63,428 nucleotides of DNA, filler included, from Octopus bimaculoides (GCF_001194135.2; 4 parts of 4 records of this genome joined end to end with filler, not necessarily neighbours in it), one strand, 5' to 3'; numbered from the whole stretch's first letter, positions 25,241-40,553 are shown. Translations and numbers: made by a program. Notes: generated by a model from the sequence alone, not told the origin.

Positions 25241-26139
25241 TACTCATCCTTACTCGGGGAAACCCACAAAATCACGGTTAACCTAACTACTATGGCAGGT
25301 ACTCTCTCCATGACCCAGTTGTCTGCCTCCTACCTACAGGCGCATGCTCAGAGGAAGGCCCATTCGCTTGGACCAGCTCGCATTTCTCATCCAACTTTAA
25401 ACAAATTTGCTTGAAGGCAGCACTTCTTTCTCCACCTTCACCTTCCTTTTCAAGTGAAACTTGTAAAAGCTAGGGGTTTTGCTGAAGAGGTAAGTGTTTG
25501 TTTTCAGCCGTTTTAATCTCGTTTGCCACATCTTTCACCAAAGCCACCAGCAAGATGGTAGGACGATCCTCCTAATGGAATCAGGGTGATAGCTGAATTC
25601 AACCCATTCGTGATGTATTCAGCATAAGTCAGCAGTTCTCGGGTATTGGAAGAATTCGCAGAGAGTATATTTTTTCCGTTGCTCTCCGTGCATCTCAGAC
25701 ACCATGCCTGTAGAGTTTATTTCGAAATGACAAGGCCCCTCGGTGGCACTGCCGGATTATTATCCATGGTCCCAGGCCCGAAAGTCTTCAGGAACAGATT
25801 AATTCTGACTTTACGCGAGAGTATCGTCGCTTTTGCCCACCACTAATCCTCAATATAATGCCAACGTGGTATTTCCGCCTACGGTGTTGTCTGAGTGGTA
25901 GTAATCCTTGAGCTTTGACATTCCAGATGCTAAGCACTCTGCCTTGGTCTTGACCCAGAACTGCAGTTCTCTCAGAAAAGTGACCTATGGAAAAACGTGC
26001 CTTAAACGCAACGACCACGCCTGTTCACCGTCAGGGAATTGCTAGAGATGTCGCAGAATCAACGCATGTCTGCGCATCATCGTCTACGACATAGACAGTC
26101 CCCAACTCAGTGGATGTCGTCGGCAAATGACGCGGCAAT

Positions 26140-26388
<249 letters not shown>

Positions 26389-28852
26389 TCGAGCGAAGGG
26401 ATAAGTCGCTTTCATTGACCCCAGTGTTCAACTGGTCCTTGGCAGAATTATCAGCACGCCAGGTAACATGCTTAGTGGCATTTTCGTCTGTCTTAACGTC
26501 CTGACTTCAAATTCCACCTCGGTCTACTTTGCTTTCATCCTTTCGGAATCAACAAAAGAAGTACCAGTTGAAAACTGAAGTCAATGTAATCAACCTGCTT
26601 CCCCAAAATTTAAGATCTTGTGCCTATAGTAGAAAGGATTATTATCTATTTTGCATGATAAGTTAGTTAGCTAGTATTATATCTTGAAGTTTGGTGACAA
26701 GTATGTCTTGATTCTGTAAGAGAATGTGTTCATCTTAGTAATTCAATTGTTAGCTTGTGTGGTTGTATGTCAATGAAAGAGAGATATCAAGTCTAGTGTG
26801 ATATTAGGATTGTTAAATAATTATTGATAAATAACATTTCGTAGGATGTGTGTTACGTTCATAATGGCCACACATTCTCACACATTTTTATTAACTTGAA
26901 GCATTTGCCTATACTTATATACAACAAAATGACTAGAACAGCATTCAATAGAAATCAAATGGAATAAGTACAAGTTTTCGCTGCATAATATACTAAATGA
27001 TAATACGAAGAATAATTATTGAGAAAGGCTTATCACAAAGCTGACTGGCATAGCTTTGAGTTGCACCTCTAGTACTTCTGTAAGGAAACAGAGAAAAGGT
27101 GAGAGAACATCTCACAAAGTTGAGTGGTAAGGTTCCTTGTAGACTTCTGGATGTTTCTGCCGGAGATTCAGTTCATCAGCTTTTTACAACTCTAATGAAG
27201 TCAATTGAATGATCGATCAGGATATTTGACGGGAAGATTTACGCACTATCTTTGAAGTTCGTTGCATACATATATTACAACACGCATATATATGTAACGT
27301 TTTTGTGTATATGTTCGCACGTTGGAGTCACCAAAATGTTATGATTATTGCAGCATTTCGTAGAGAAGGTATGCAGCTCTTGAGTCGGAAGGTCACCAGT
27401 GTAACTTTTTAGGTAGCAAATAAATGAAAGGAAGAAAATATTATTAGTGATGATTATGACCTTTTATTTCAGGTAGATCTACCGAACTTCATTGAAAATT
27501 TAATGCAAGCACATTGCTTGAATTTGTTCACCATCATAAAATATCGCAGACTTGTTTTTACACAAATTTACAAAATCTCCCGTAATAATTGAAGTCGAGT
27601 AGATAATATGACGTTCATTTCTAGACCGACTCAATGGAATGATCCCCAATGATCCTCAGTTGCGCTCAGATTTAGATTAAATAGTCCTCTCATACTATAT
27701 ACATCGTTGTTCATATGTTTGTATGTACACACACATACACACACATATGTGTTGTAAAGTAGTCAGAAAAGAACTGTTGTAGATCCCCAAGACGTGAGAG
27801 ACTGGTGCAGTTGATGTCCATTTTAAACATCTGTAGCAATGTCGATTAGAAATAATATCTGTTGGAAAAAACAGAAAAATCGAGAGCCGCTGAACTGTGG
27901 AGGAAAGAATGGACAACATGATTAATGTAGAGTTTAGGATGGGAGATGGCAAGAAGAAAATGGTTTTACAAGTGGGCCTAGGTAGAAGATTTATACAGAA
28001 ATTACGTTCTGAGGGACGGATGCTATACTAGCGATAGATTAGGCAGAATAAAAAGTAACGCATTTGGGTGCTTCTGGTTGAATCTTTGCCAATCTGTAGA
28101 ATGAGCTTCGCTCTGGCACTGTTCATAGGTGTAAACGATACTCTAGTGGTGGGTCCTGCAGGAGATTATCAAGTAATTATCAACTGGGTTATCAACTGAC
28201 AGGGATAGAGTGTGTCCCTTGACTAAAGAGGAATCCTAGGTTTTCTGATGCATGCTGTTTTGGCAATGTTATACAAAGTGTGGTTGGCATAAAATATTAT
28301 CACAGACTGGAAAAAAGATTTGTAACAACTCCGAGGGTTTTAAATATGTTTTAATCATGAATAGAAAGTATGAGGTATATAACTTCTTTCTTGAAATGTG
28401 TACTTCTTAAGATATTGTAAAGAAGAAAGTATAGCGGAACATATTTTCATGTATAAAAATATATGCATGTATAAATGTATATGCGCCTATGTGTGTATAT
28501 GCAGCGACAGTGGTGGTGGTTCGTAGTTTGTAGACATGTACGTACGCTTGAGTTTACAAACGAGTACAGTGAGAGCGCGTGGCCAAGTAGTTAAGGTAGT
28601 GCACTCACGGTCGCAAGATAGTAGTTTCAATTCTTAAGCAGAGGATACGTGAATGTCGATTTGATGAAGGGAGTGAGTTTATGTGCAACACAAACATTTG
28701 ATCACTATAAATAAATCATTTGTGCAGGTTGTCCAGCAAGAATTTCGGGGTTCGCTCTCACAGTATGACACCGAGAGCAAGTATTTTCTACTAGGCTATA
28801 GTTGCCTTGTATTATTATCTTCATCAGAAAAAGGTAATTAAAATTCATTAAA

Positions 28853-29864
28853 ATGATAGCTGTATCGGACTTTCAAAGAGGTCAAATTGTTGGTGCTCAT
28901 ATGGCAGGCGCTAGCGTAACGAAACGAAAACGGCCGAAATGTTTGGTGTATCAAGAAGTACTGTCTAGAAAGTAATGACAGCCTTTGAGAAAGAGGGAAA
29001 AACCTCTAAGTCGAAACAAAACTCCGGAAAAATCAAAACTTTCAGATAGGGACAGTCGGACTCTTACGCGAATTGTTAGAAAGAATCACAAAAGTACAGC
29101 TCCCAAAATTACTGTAGAGCTTAATGACCACCTCGAGAACTCAGTTTCCACAAAAACTGCTCGCCGGGAGCTGTACAAAGCCGGATTTCACGGGTGGGCT
29201 ACAATAAGAAAACTACTACTTTCAAAAACATACGTTGCANNNNNNNNNNNNNNNNNNNNNNNNNNNNNNNNNNNNNNNNNNNNNNNNNNNNNNNNNNNNN
29301 NNNNNNNNNNNNNNNNNNNNNNNNNNNNNNNNNNNNNNNNNNNNNNNNNNNNNNNNNNNNNNNNNNNNNNNNNNNNNNNNNNNNNNNNNNNNNNNNNNNN
29401 NNNNNNNNNNNNNNNNNNNNNNNNNNNNNNNNNNNNNNNNCCCAATGGTTTCCCTTCATGGCAGAATTAATAGTCAAGACTATTTAAGCATTTTATCTGA
29501 TCAAATTCATCGTATGGTTGCGGAACTGTTTCTGGAGGGAAACGCAATTTTTCAGGATGATAATGCAGCAATTCACACAGCTAAAGTTGTTACTGAATGG
29601 CACGAGGAACGTTCTAGTGAAGTTGAACATCTTATCTGGCCACCACAGTTCCCAGATCTCAATATTATTGAACATTTATGGTGCATTTTAGAAAAACAAG
29701 TAAGGAGTCGATATCCTCCACCATCATCACTACAAGAATTGTAGACTGTTTTAGCTGAAGAATGGACAAAAATTCCTTTGGAAACAATTAAAACTTTGTA
29801 TGAGACCATACCTCGAAGAATTCAAGCTCTAATCACTGCCAAAGGTGATCCTACCCCATATTAA
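28853..29864 (+). mobile_element. Tc1/mariner transposase pseudogene, near full length, same family as 5058-5580
   Basis: ATG at 28853, N-terminal paired-type HTH region (SDFQRGQIVGA), then FQDDNAAIH and WPPQFPDLNIIEHLW, ending PTPY-stop. Frameshifts, stops and an internal N gap. Confidence 0.92.
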
Positions 29865-30427
29865 AATAAATTTGTTTGAAATTTTAAGGTGTTTCCATAT
29901 CCAACTTAACATGGATATCTTGTTTGCCTTGAGAGATCCCCTTATACAGGCACTTGGTGCATAAAAGCGCACACATAGATTTTAGTTGACGAGAATTGTC
30001 AGACATGAGCGCCGGAATTGCCATATCACGTGATTTCTTTCTGCTGGAAATCATCAGCAGGAACCGTCCAATCACGCATGTCAGTCAAAACTCGCTGCTA
30101 CGATATATAGAGTATCAACAACTTTCCAGACACTGAAAATACACCTACAGGTCTATTAAAAATTAATTATTAGCAACGGAAGCAGTATTAATATCAAAGC
30201 CTTGAGAGATCTTCTGAGGGGATTCCTGTACCCATGACAGATGAATTTCGTCTGTTACGATGTATGTGTGTCCTTTTATGCGCTAAACATCTATATAAGA
30301 GGATCTCTCAAGGTTAATAACGCAGTGTTCGGTATTGTAATGAGGCATCCACGTTTGGTTGGATATAAAGATTACCTTTTGATGTTAATACTGCTTCCGT
30401 TAATAACAATTAATATGTATATATATA

Positions 30428-30459
<32 letters not shown>

Positions 30460-31812
30460 CGTGTGTGTGTGTATGTGTGTGTGAAACGGATTAATTCTTC
30501 ATACCTAAATGTTTGGTGCATTGGTACAAAAACTAGTTACGAGAAAATGTTCTTGTTTACCAATATATAAAGATTCCACACACTTCTGACACAGTTGTGC
30601 TTTTTGCTTTCAGCCACAAATATTTTATATATAAATGTAAATTTATAAAGACTGCGCATTGTCTGTCTTTACTTTCCGAGTTCGAATTCTTCCGAGGTCG
30701 ACCTTGCCTCTTATCTTTTAGGTCCAGTCAAGTACTGAGTTTGATGTAGTCGATTAGCTCCCTTCCTCAGAATTTCAGGTCTTGTGTCTCTAGTAGAAAG
30801 GATATTTTTATACTAATCTTAGATTTTTTAAATATTAGTCTCATATTTTCATATTAGTCTTAGGCTTAGTTTGTAGCAATAACGTTCCTATGTCAATCAA
30901 CTCTTTAGGCTTTGTTTTTAGGTAAAACCGAGAAGTTCAAGAAATATTGGAGTCAGTCAGTTTCAAATACGCACTTCCTGAAATTGTAGCATCCGGAGCC
31001 GATACAATCTACACAGGATCAATTTGGAGTTTAAGGATCTTCAGTTGTATTACCATCCTCCAAAAAGATAAACAAATGTTTTTTTTTTCAAGACTTCAGG
31101 AATTTCTAGCATATCAGGTCATCCCACTGGCAAACATTACAACCAAATCAGAGCGTCCAAAAAATTTGCTGAGCTACCAACTAGAGCTGTCATGTACAGT
31201 GATACATAGAATAGCCCAACAAAAATACCGAACCCCTAAATATCTGCAGAGACAACACACAAGGCAAAAGAACATTTACAACCTTGGGCATTTAATGTCC
31301 AATGTCTTTTGTGTCGTATCTCACCAGAATCAGAGAGCAATGTTTTTATCGAGTTTTTCATGTGTACATAACATTTCAAGGTAGTGGACCAGCAAATTGG
31401 TGCAGACTGCTTTCTTCGACCACAACCTTTTGTAGATTGCTGATCTGGGATGTTGAAGAAAAATACGACTAGATGCCTCTTACCTCTCTGGGGAAAATTT
31501 GGCAACGCTTGGTAATTTTAATGGATGATAGTTATAACACTGACGACCTTTAACTGATAAACTGCGGCAGCATAGTTGTTGCTGCAGGCTTTTGATTAAG
31601 GGAGTGTTGGGATCTGGCAGTTTATCCCATTCCCCTATTTTTTTTATCTCTGTTGAATGCCAAAAACGTTTCAAGAATTTTTCACTTCTATATTATGGTA
31701 CACATTCCCGTAAGCATTCCAAAGCGTGAAGACCTAAATAGGCAGAAACGCTCCCAGAAGTTAAAATCTGACTTTGTTTATTATTATTATCATCATTATT
31801 ATTATTATTATT

Positions 31813-31896
<84 letters not shown>

Positions 31897-31996
31897 NNNN
31901 NNNNNNNNNNNNNNNNNNNNNNNNNNNNNNNNNNNNNNNNTTAATTAATTAANNNNNNNNNNNNNNNNNNNNNNNNNNNNNNNNNNNNNNNNNNNN
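31897..31996. other. Artificial scaffold-joining spacer N44-TTAATTAATTAA-N44
   Basis: Exactly 100 bp with stops in all six frames; identical structure at 43664-43763 and 61208-61307. Confidence 0.95.
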
Positions 31997-32010
31997 TATA
32001 TATATATATG

Positions 32011-32049
<39 letters not shown>

Positions 32050-32660
32050 ATAATGAGTGAGAGATGTACATACATAGATACATACATACATACATACATG
32101 CATACATACATACATACATACAAGTATATCCCATGTTACCTCAAATTGATTTCTAATCAGACAAAATCAAATGTGGAAAAAAAAATATTTTAAAGACGAA
32201 TAATTGTAAGCGTTTTGAGATATACTGATAATACGGCTTTTAGTAATATTTCGATAAATTTCCTGTTGCATGGACCGCTTTCAACACAGAAAAGAAGTTC
32301 TGAATTTAACGATATTCCTTGGTGTGCAAGAATCAGCAACGTACGTAGCATAAGCACAGTGGAATTAATGACAGCCTGACGTACTTCACATCTCGCTATA
32401 AAATATTGGAAAAAAGTTTTATAAAAATACGGAGAAAAATCGACGGAAAAAGACAGTAGATAGTTCGTAGTGACAAAGCAGATACTTTTCATTACTATAC
32501 TTACATAAATACATACATATATACATACATTTATACACACACTCACACACATATGTATATATAAGTATATACATATATATGCTTGTGTATGTATGTACGT
32601 ATGTATGTATGTATACATATATATAATAAGCATACACATCAATGTACATGTATATATATT

Positions 32661-32719
<59 letters not shown>

Positions 32720-34804
32720 TCTGACGTGACTATCTTTCTATCTATCTATCTATCTATCTATCTGTCTATCTATCTATCTATTTATCTTTCTATCTATTTA
32801 TCTATCTGTCTTCCTCCATCTTTCTATCTATACCTCTGTCCTGGCCTCTACTTCACTGCTATACCCTTCTGTCCCTTCCTCCTTGTTCCACTTCCTCCCT
32901 CCACCATCCTCTCTGCTCTCGTGTGACCTGTGGTCAACTTTCTTTTCACTCCAGCCGCTGTGAAGGCAAGACGAACTACTAGCNNNNNNNNNNNNNNNNN
33001 NNNNNNNNNNNNNNNNNNNNNNNNNNNNNNNNNNNNNNNNNNNNNNNNNNNNNNNNNNNNNNNNNNNNNNNNNNNNNNNNNNNNNNNNNNNNNNNNNNNN
33101 NNNNNNNNNNNNNNNNNNNNNNNNNNNNNNNNNNNNNNNNNNNNNNNNNNNNNNNNNNNNNNNNNNNNNNNNNNNNNNNNNNNNNNNNNNNNNNNNNNNN
33201 NNNNNNNNNNNNNNNNNNNNNNNNNNNNNNNNNNNNNNNNNNNNNNNNNNNNNNNNNNNNNNNNNNNNNNNNNNNNNNNNNNNNNNNNNNNNNNNNNNNN
33301 NNNNNNNNNNNNNNNNNNNNNNNNNNNNNNNNNNNNNNNNNNNNNNNNNNNNNNNNNNNNNNNNNNNNNNNNNNNNNNNNNNNNNNNNNNNNNNNNNNNN
33401 NNNNNNNNNNNNNNNNNNNNNNNNNNNNNNNNNNNNNNNNNNNNNNNNNNNNNNNNNNNNATATATATATATATATATATATAACAATTATTTGGTTGCC
33501 ATAATAAAACTCCGAGTTTCGGATGTCTGGGCAGAATTCTGCTCCGGCATCTCGTCAGTTATTAAGACAAACAAAAAGAGCATGTTTTGTTTGCCTTAAT
33601 AACTATCGATTGTTTTCTGCAGAAAGGCAGTAGTAATATCCAGCTATTGCGTATCTTTCAGTGCCTTAAAATTATTTAATTTGCCTACTGATATGGTGAA
33701 AGTTTCAGAGGCAATTATATGTTTTACCGTCGATGTTGGCACAGTATTCTCTCTTAAATATATTTGGAGAAATATTTTCTTCATTCCAAAGCTAAGGGCA
33801 GAATGGTCCCAGATCTTCCAGACGAGGAAACTGTCTTAACAGTACTTTTTTCTTCTTCTCCGGTATAATACCTATAGACAGTAAGCGTGTTTGTGATTTA
33901 TACTGGGTCGCTCAAAAATCTCTCTACGATATTGTTTTTCGGTCAGCGTTATGAGTTCGTGTATTAAAGCAATTAGCTTTCTCTCAAGATCTTAGTGCTT
34001 TCCATCCTGGATGCTACTGTTTAATAACAATGTCATCACGCAGATGCATGTTTCGCTTTGATAGGCTATGTAGCAATAGTAGTTGTACATAGAAAAGTGT
34101 TAATTGTCTAGTAACTGATATCACTTGATACCACCATGTCAGCTCCATCAACGTCATAGATAACGTTCAAGATTAAAGCGGGTGACATATTCTTTTATAA
34201 CGGTAAAAATCGCCTGTCGCTGGACAGTAGCTTACAAAATCTGAAAACAAAAATATGTATAAACTGATTTCAAAATCTTTTAAGACGTGTATATTCCACA
34301 GTCGTCTTTATCGAATCGGTCACATGTTGAGATATACAAGAGTTTAATGATGTTGGCAGATGGATATATGTACTTATGTATGAACATATAGAGTAATGTT
34401 ATACGTATACGTTTTACCACTGTGCAGTGAAGGAGAATTTGAAAATCAATAAATAACCAGCTTTTTGAAGAGAAATAGATACGAAATATTTATAAATCTT
34501 AAGATTCACAGGGGAGGGTTTTTTTTATATACAAAGTAAAGTTTATAGAAAATGTGTGATATACACATTAAATCCTTGTTCCCAATATTGGTAATACACA
34601 ACAAATGCTATAAAATATATAAATACTTGACAGAATATCAGGTCACGGGGTGTCAGGGGAGGAAAAAAACATCAAAAGAGCGTTAAATATCAATGGTAAC
34701 GGTTATACGTGTGTGTGTGTGTGTGTGTGTGTGTGTCTGTGTGTGTTTTTGTGTGTGTGTATATATATATATATATACACACACACACGCACACACCCAC
34801 AACC

Positions 34805-34862
<58 letters not shown>

Positions 34863-36800
34863 GCATACATGCGTACATACACGAGTAAGTACATACATGC
34901 AGAAAAAAGGTGGAAAAATAGTACCCGAATACGGAAGGTAGAGTAATATGCTCAATTCTTGCTTGATATTACTATGAAATTGCTCTTAAATCAGGTGAAA
35001 CTTTACGGATGTCACTCGGTCTTTGGCACAGAGCGCATACTATTCTATGTTTCCTTAACATCATCTACTTAACTTTTGCTTCACATAGCTTGATCTTTTT
35101 GTCGCTATTCCACAGAGAGAGACAGAGACACACACATGGATTTCTCCATCTTGCTTTTCGAACGTTTCACTCAATGCAGTGTTATAATCATCCCGATAAA
35201 GTGACTGCTTTGGGTTACGTCCTAAATATTTCTTGGTTATCTTATTCCCAATAGAGGATTTGCTCCCTCTCTCGTTTAATGTAATGTCCGTTCTGGAGTT
35301 TTCAATCCCTACAGCACTAAGAAAAGATACCGAATTTTTTGCGCTGGGTAAATTTTATCGGTATGAGGCTGTATCACAAATTTCTTAAATGATTCTGGGA
35401 TAAGTTACCTTTCCATCACAGAAAAAATATTATTGGGAAACAAATATGTTTTTGTAAAAGACGAGAATTGATGATATTATCTTTCAGTCACCGAACTCTA
35501 TTCACTTTTAAATGTCGACTCGAATTTCATATACGATAATCGATGAAATACTAATGCTTCCGAGAACGCACTAGAAGCTCAACAATACCAACATTGAACG
35601 ACTTTACCAACAAAAAGATGATAATTTAGCCACTGCACCTACAAAATGCAAACATTAAAGCCTTTTAAATCCCTTAATGTCGATAGAACTTCAACATTCG
35701 CAAAATTGAATATGAATGCAGACACCTCAACAGACACTGTTCAACTACCGAAACAACTCAACTAAACTATAAGGAAATATACATGTTTAGCAAAACACGA
35801 CGCAGCTCAACGCATTGAGATTTTATTAAGTCATAGAGAAACAGAAGCACAATATCTATTGAATTGGAAAATGAATCATGATATGCAGACGAAACACATT
35901 GAAGCCTTGCAAAGAAACATATGAGACCATGTGTTAGCAGCTACACAGTTCGCTTCCAAGTTACAGAGATTGATATCTTATTTTTATAGCTGACCAGCTG
36001 TTGTCCATAAATGCAAGATTCGTTTATCCAGGTCAATAGGTAGGAGAGAAAATAATTCAGATTTTATGCCTGTTTCTGTGAAAGTTGTTTGTGTGTGTTG
36101 TACGCGCGAACGAGTCTGCATGTTTTGTTTCCTAGTGAATTATAAGAGCTTCCTGCTATTTTGTCAATATAAAGGGACATTAAAAATATACTTGATGGAC
36201 GCTGTATATTTCGCTATAAATGCAAATTTTGTTTTTAAACTCTGATGATGAACTTAAGACATTTTAAGGTGATAATACCATTTCTTCCAAACGAGCTATG
36301 TTGATGTTATATATAACGAAAGTTGAAAATGTACTGTGAATAGTCTTCTTTTTTATTATGTTTAAAGATTTAACCGTTTATACTGATTTTCAAAAGTTGA
36401 GATGAAAAGACGTGGGTTATTCTGTAACTGTCTTGCTTCTGATGAATATTTGAATCTTGTCCTATAGTAATAGGGATTATATGTCTTAAAAAGGTATGTT
36501 TTGTATCAGAATTGATTAGGACAGGGTATTCACATGAGTGGTCTTAGAAATTTTTGTAGGTTCCCTGCTACATCCGTGTGTTAATGTCGGGTGGCAATAT
36601 TTGTCGTCGTAAGCTAAGGCTGACACGGTTCAGGGAACATGTCAAGTGACACTACCAAACAATCAATGCTCTGAATGTTTTCTGTTAAGTGCTATAGAGA
36701 ATGATCACGCGATTAAGTTTAGAAACTTTTATACGTTTCCAGCTGCATCCGTGCGTTAGTGTCATGTGACAGTATATATTATGTCGAAAATTAAGACCCA

Positions 36801-36831
<31 letters not shown>

Positions 36832-37824
36832 NNNNNNNNNNNNNNNNNNNNNNNNNNNNNNNNNNNNNNNNNNNNNNNNNNNNNNNNNNNNNNNNNNNNN
36901 NNNNNNNNNNNNNNNNNNNNNNNNNNNNNNNNNNNNNNNNNNNNNNNNNNNNNNNNNNNNNNNNNNNNNNNNNNNNNNNNNNNNNNNNNNNNNNNNNNNN
37001 NNNNNNNNNNNNNNNNNNNNNNNNNNNNNNNNNNNNNNNNNNNNNNNNNNNNNNNNNNNNNNNNNNNTATATATATGCTATAAAATCATTCTTTCGAAAT
37101 ATATGGGTTGCACCTGAGAAGCGCTCGGAATATCAGAGGTTCTAATTGATTATTTTATGACGTAATTCGTTATTGAGGACCTTTTCGTGTTGATGAGGAC
37201 ATTATTTACTGGGTTTAGTTAACTTTTCGAACTGTCTTACTTTACTAAAATGCTCTTCAGAAAGGGCAAAGGGACCTCCTATAATAACGGGTGTTTTCCT
37301 TAATGTTTAATCTTTTATTGTAATGGAGTTATTTGCTCTTTGAAGTGTCTAAAAACCTGTTTCTGCTACTTGATGACTTAGACTCTTTCTTACTGTTGTT
37401 TTACATAATCCATGTGTGTTTTAATTTATTTATATCTCGAAAGTTTTTAAATTCATTTAATCTATATTTCTTTCTATATATTTATATGTGGTATTTTTGA
37501 ATAAATAGATCTATTTATCTGTATTAAATTGTATTAATGTATGTATATTTTTAAAGATATTTTTAACATTTTGCTTCTGCGAATTTGTTGATTGACCTGG
37601 CCCTGTTTTTGTTTCACCACCTTTTACACAGCAGCCGCATACCGGATGTGTTAATTCACCCCCGACAATAGAGAGCAGTCACCATATTCCCTTACATATC
37701 CGTCAACTCTGATGAGCATAAGGTTACATAATCTGATTTTTACCTAATACCCCATTGTATTCATTGCGCGAAACTTATTGGTAAGATCAACTGTGATGGA
37801 TATATAATACTGTACATTTAGGAT

Positions 37825-37860
<36 letters not shown>

Positions 37861-40483
37861 NNNNNNNNNNNNNNNNNNNNNNNNNNNNNNNNNNNNNNNN
37901 NNNNNNNNNNNNNNNNNNNNNNNNNNNNNNNNNNNNNNNNNNNNNNNNNNNNNNNNNNNNNNNNNNNNNNNNNNNNNNNNNNNNNNNNNNNNNNNNNNNN
38001 NNNNNNNNNNNNNNNNNNNNNNNNNNNNNNNNNNNNNNNNNNNNNNNNNNNNNNNNNNNNNNNNNNNNNNNNNNNNNNNNNNNNNNNNNNNNNNNNNNNN
38101 NNNNNNNNNNNNNNNNNNNNNNNNNNNNNNNNNNNNNNNNNNNNNNNNNNNNNNNNNNNNNNNNNNNNNNNNNNNNNNNNNNNNNNNNNNNNNNNNNNNN
38201 NNNNNNNNNNNNNNNNNNNNNNNNNNNNNNNNNNNNNNNNNNNNNNNNNNNNNNNNNNNNNNNNNNNNNNNNNNNNNNNNNNNNNNNNNNNNNNNNNNNN
38301 NNNNNNNNNNNNNNNNNNNNNNNNNNNNNNNNNNNNNNNNNNNNNNNNNNNNNNNNNNNNNNNNNNNNNNNNNNNNNNNNNNNNNNNNNNNNNNNNNNNN
38401 NNNNNNNNNNNNNNNNNNNNNNNNNNNNNNNNNNNNNNNNNNNNNNNNNNNNNNNNNNNNNNNNNNNNNNNNNNNNNNNNNNNNNNNNNNNNNNNNNNNN
38501 NNNNNNNNNNNNNNNNNNNNNNNNNNNNNNNNNNNNNNNNNNNNNNNNNNNNNNNNNNNNNNNNNNNNNNNNNNNNNNNNNNNNNNNNNNNNNNNNNNNN
38601 NNNNNNNNNNNNNNNNNNNNNNNNNNNNNNNNNNNNNNNNNNNNNNNNNNNNNNNNNNNNNNNNNNNNNNNNNNNNNNNNNNNNNNNNNNNNNNNNNNNN
38701 NNNNNNNNNNNNNNNNNNNNNNNNNNNNNNNNNNNNNNNNNNNNNNNNNNNNNNNNNNNNNNNNNNNNNNNNNNNNNNTATATATATTTATATATACAAG
38801 TGTACCTGAAATGCGATATTCGTCATACAGTACTATGTTCATTTAGTTGAATTTGTAATTATCTATGTGTCCAGCGACCTACGGTGCATTACAATGTGTA
38901 TATAGATCCCTAATCCGAGCAGTAGGAAGCGCCATCATTGAAATCGAATGATGATCCGCTTAGGTGTGTATCCATATACGTTGAAAGCATTCTGTAATGC
39001 AAGAAAGTTTTAGTGCGCATTTTTTCTCATTAAACTTTATTTCTTATCTATGGAAAAGTAAAAATAAAGCTAATTAGGTTACTAGATTAAGTGTACATGT
39101 CTTACCACAAGAACTCATCCACTCAATTAATCATTCAAATATAATTAAGAGTATTTCATACATATGCGTAACATATTTCTGTTGCATTCATAGTCTCCCT
39201 AGGCCTTCTCTAAATTACTTACGATTTCAGGTTATGTTACCTAAAGTTGCTCTATTTAGTGAGGGAAAACGTGAATGATCTATACTATATTTAATTCCAA
39301 TTTTCAGTTCCATTCATTTGTATAAGCAACGCATGTCAAAGATAAATAAAGCTACAGTACATTTCTTAAGATTCAAAATATATAAATTGACAAAACAGAA
39401 ATACTCACGATTACCAATCCTTTACAAAGTTCAAAAGTAGTAACATGCCCTCATGGATCCCTTGTTGATATAACTGAAGGACGTCGGTTGAGATTTAGTT
39501 TGGTGGAGATAATAACTGTGATTTTCAATGTTAGAGATATATTCTCCCTAAACATAGCTATGATCCCTACTAATTATAGAACTATGTAAAAATAATAAAT
39601 AAGTATCTATATAACTATATTTATTCTACTGAGGAAATCAAGAAACATGAAATGTTAGTGTATGCTCTGAAATCGAAATGTTTAGCTAACATGCAGTACG
39701 TAATTTCGTTCACCTGAACTCTAAATTGTTTCTTTCGATATTCCATGTAGTAATACATCTGCTCCTGAGTACCACATGAAATATCATTCACATTCAGGTC
39801 TACTTTTTCGGAAAATGCCTGTGATCTGGGAAGTCAAGAATGCTACTGTAGATGTCACAACTTTCCGCCAGTGTATTGCATCCATTTCAACGTTTCTCAT
39901 TTTGATCCACGCAAGTTATCCTAGAACATTCGTGTCCAAAGATCATGAGGATGAAAGATCGCCTATATGAGGAGTAAATGCTGCAACTATCAGTACCATC
40001 TGGTAACTGACGTATTCGTCACTTCACCATCATTGAAAATTATTTTTCCATATTGAGTTTCTGTCGACGTAAGTGGGTTCATCTCTTTGGCACATACGCT
40101 TATCCACTTAACAAAAATTGACGTCAACAACATGCTTTTTCTGTAATATTAATAAAACATTCGTGCAAATAATTTTTAGTCGTGTTTCGGTTTCTGATGT
40201 CTCAAGATTACAAGAACAATAACATTATTGAATGTGCTGCATATATTGCATGGATTACTTGATTTATCATTGATTTGGAATAAAGAGCGGTCGTTTATGG
40301 AAATGATCGTAATGTCGAATTGAATTTCTCTTTTCCACATTTAGATTAATATTGTTGTTGTTGTTGTTATTGTTATTTCTGAAAAAGTAGTCGCCTTGAG
40401 ATGCAATATTTTTTCAATTTCTATTAGCAAGTAGGTATTTTTGGAGTAGGTATTTTTGCAGTCCTATAGTGGTTATTTTATAA

Positions 40484-40553
<70 letters not shown>

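Noticed and set aside
27135-27190. Minus-strand CTGATGA...GAAAC...GTC resembling a hammerhead
   Set aside because: Stem II barely pairs and the possible stem I is displaced by 5 nt, so it is probably chance.
31941-31952. TTAATTAATTAA as a homeodomain site or other biological motif
   Set aside because: It is centred in exact N44 padding three times, so it is a synthetic linker.
39400-40130. Splice-like signals and short frames on the minus strand
   Set aside because: All frames close before usable donors and no peptide is recognisable.
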